Assembly (NCBI GenBank): GCA_043228905.1
Contig: JBHGNT010000004.1
Coordinates: 9,920,001 to 9,984,000 of the forward strand
DNA: 64,000 bases
From: Azolla caroliniana
Lineage: Eukaryota; Plantae; Polypodiophyta
Reading direction: 5' to 3'
This document shows, in pieces, positions 61,501 through 64,000 of the stretch (positions within the stretch are counted from its first letter, which is position 1; each line of letters starts with the position of its first letter). Under the pieces are notes generated by a model. The model saw only the letters and a program-made list of their open reading frames with translations. It ran no database searches and was not told where the DNA came from. The position numbers and the translations under genes were made by a program.

Positions 61501-63639
61501 ATACGTTTAGGCGTCTTATTTGGAATTGAGTCCATTCTTTAATTTGATTTGATCTTCATATTATTTGGCGTTCATTCTTTGATTTCATATGCAACACAGG
61601 AGGACTTCAAAGATGTGGTTGATTCATGTACATCTGGGAGGAAAGTCACAGTTCCTCAATTACAAGCAACACCTACTTTTCAAAGTAATTTTGCAGATCA
61701 AAGTGGCAAATCTATCTCTGAGACTTCTTTTTACAGACAGCCTTTACCACTTCCTGTTGTTAACCCTTTTTCAACCTCAATTTCTTCTGGTGCTACTTAT
61801 AAGCTCTTTCTCTTATTATGGTAATTCCTTATCTGACTGCAATAAAATTAACCAAGAGCTCTTTGCTATCACCAGGGATGCCGAAATTGAATATTCCATA
61901 TCAGCCAACAAACAATGGCAACGAGATACAAGAGGATGGTATCCATCAAACATGATTTAATTGCCCTTTGTTCCTGTTACATGATTGTAGAATTGAATGT
62001 TTCAAGGCTGTAAGGTATCCAGGTTTCTGTCAAGTGCTCTACATAAAAATGTCATGCACGGATAATTCAATTCATTTGGCCAGATTTCACTTGTGGCATA
62101 TGAAGTAGACATATTGTACTACTGATGTAGCAGCCAAGGAAGGTTACCAAAATGTGTGTTTGATTTCTTGTGTGCCCTTGTTTTAATGTGTACTGGACAG
62201 TGCAAACAAGATCATTATATGGGTGTCTGGCTGTTTCATGAGCTTCTGCATGTGAATTCAGCCTTCTCTACTGTTGTCTTTCATCGTAGTGAAGGTTGTG
62301 AGAGCTTCAGCCTTTCCTCTCTACTGTTGTCTTCTCCAGTTCTGAGCTGGGTGGATTCATTTTTTACGGTTGTTAAAAGTAATAGCAGATGTTTATGGAA
62401 CTGAAAAGTTCCTTGCTATTGGTCAGGATGCCTGTTGTCTATTCTCTGGGGGCATAAGTAATGCTTATTTACCATCTGCTCCATCTTCCATTCACTGACA
62501 AGTTTGTTGTACGTATAGCTGCTCTCCACACAGCGCAGAATATACTTTTGTATTTATTTTCTATACTGAGCTTTATGCATACCATACATTCAGGGAAATT
62601 AGTATCTCTAGCAATATTTACCATCTGCCCCATCTTCCATTCACTGTCAACTTTGTTGTACGTGCAGCTCCTGTCCAGACAGCGCAAAATATACTATTTT
62701 ATCTATTTTTTATCCTGAGCTTTATGCATACCATACATTCACCGAAATTAGTAATTCTTGCAAGCTGCAACCCATGGAAACTATGTATATTTATATAGGT
62801 TCACTGAAGCTATGCAATACTCAATCAGAATATGATAAAACAAAGTGAATTGCAAATCCACAGCACCTGTATTCCATGAGTACGGCATTTTCTTTTTGGA
62901 ATTTTGCCAGTTTACCAAAGCAGTTTAGGACATCCTTATTGTGCATAAGTGAAGGTAGAAAGATGATGGAAGTCCCATGTACCTGGTCATGAGGTGCTGG
63001 TTGTTGTCAATCCTCAGGGTATTAAGCACAGTGACAAACATCGGGCTTTCAAGCTTGAGAGGCTTCTTGGTCATTGGACTTTCTGAAACATGAACACATT
63101 TGTTGTTGTGGAGGCTAATTTAGATTTTATCTATATATTTCTTCTATATTTCACTCTTTTCATGATTTTACAACTCTTAAATATACAGATGATGGCCCAC
63201 CTGAGCCCAGCAGTCCCTCATTGAAGCGAGCAGAAGAGCCTGGAGTACAACTAGTTTATGAAATAAAATGCAAACTTTATATTAAGGTATATATATGGTT
63301 CCCAATTCCTAACGTATTTCTTGTTTGCAAGGTCATGAGGTTCACAGCTTTAGAAATGCTTTTGAGTTTACATTATATGATACTGAATACTTCTGAAAAC
63401 GAATGTCTTTGATTTATGGTCTGTCTTGCAGTTTTCTTTAATGTTTGTCATGTAAACCATATTTTAAAGCTCTACATGGTTTCATCTTTATGGATTGTTG
63501 AAACTGCATTTTCCAGGGTGAACCAAATTCTGACAAGGCTTGGAAAGAGTTGGGCATGGGAAACCTGACCTTGAAATCCAGGGAAGGTGTGGAGAAAGGG
63601 ACAAAAGATGCAAAAGCTACCGTGGTCGTCAGAAATGAA
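58504..63639 (+). CDS. NUP50B: NUP50b-like nucleoporin / Ran-binding-domain protein, 3'-incomplete; exons 58504-58581, 60107 or 60110-60207, 61052-61139, 61600-61789 (end uncertain), 63189-63286, 63517-63639
   Basis: VRALNTQFTSWVEKQLKEHPHELWQEGIQDYL, EDFKDVV, PSSPSLKRAEEPG..VYEIKCKLYIK, WKELGMGNLTLK..GVEKGTK...VRNE; GT-AG boundaries with consistent phases. Confidence 0.85.
59132..59462. mobile_element. hAT-type MITE in NUP50b intron 1
   Basis: Termini CATAGTT/AACAATG, 8-bp TSD GTACGTGT/GTATGTGT, many internal GTATTCTA/TAGAATAC motifs. Confidence 0.7.
62468..62755. repeat. Intronic tandem duplication, unit about 150 bp
   Basis: TTTACCATCTGC.CCATCTTCCATTCACTG...GAGCTTTATGCATACCATACATTCA occurs twice. 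Confidence 0.85.
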
Positions 63640-64000
63640 GTGAGTTCTTGTTTCCTAACATTTTCCATGTACAACACTAGAAATGGAGCGAGTTCTTGTT
63701 TCATTACATTTACAATGTACAATGCTAGAAATTAAATGAATAAACTTATGAAAACATCAGAAAAGTTAAATGTTAAATGGGAAGCAGATCTCTTTATTCA
63801 GCACCCATAGAGTCGGACACATTTTGTGCTATTGCCAGTGTTGTATTGAATTCCTAGGTTTGTGTTGATGAGTATCAAAAGCACACTTTTGTGCAAGATT
63901 GGGTTGTATGTATGTTTTCTAGAGTAATACACATTTTGATTTACATTTAAAATAAAGAAATATCATGATCTTGCAGTAAGTTAGCAATTAGAGCATTCTA

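Overview
Eukaryotic, transposon-dense genomic DNA, most likely from a non-seed land plant (inferred from the Tcn1-type chromovirus, RTE/RTEX-like LINEs and gene content). There are three host genes: an intronless DUF247 gene (5.2-7.0 kb), a three-exon HIPP metallochaperone (10.1-12.8 kb) and the 5' part of a NUP50b-like Ran-binding-domain gene (58.5 kb to the window end). Most of 14-58 kb is a nested stack of decayed transposons: an L1 inside an RTEX-like LINE, several related non-chromo Ty3/gypsy elements (here called A, B, C, D) with an extra coiled-coil ORF, a tRNA-Trp-primed gypsy element (W), a copia fragment and a MULE-like remnant. Target-site matches indicate a ~24 kb inversion through this stack. 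The most unusual signal is that all three visible 3' LTRs of elements A, B and C lack a polypurine tract. Instead they are preceded, 2 nt away, by a conserved co-varying hairpin plus a tRNA-3'-end mimic ending in CCA (a second, inverted PBS), which suggests an unconventional plus-strand priming or RNA-circularisation mechanism. A second signal is an antisense tRNA-like A-box/B-box cassette upstream of the TATA box in three different LTRs. All calls are by eye; family assignments and tRNA identities are from memory and need database checks.
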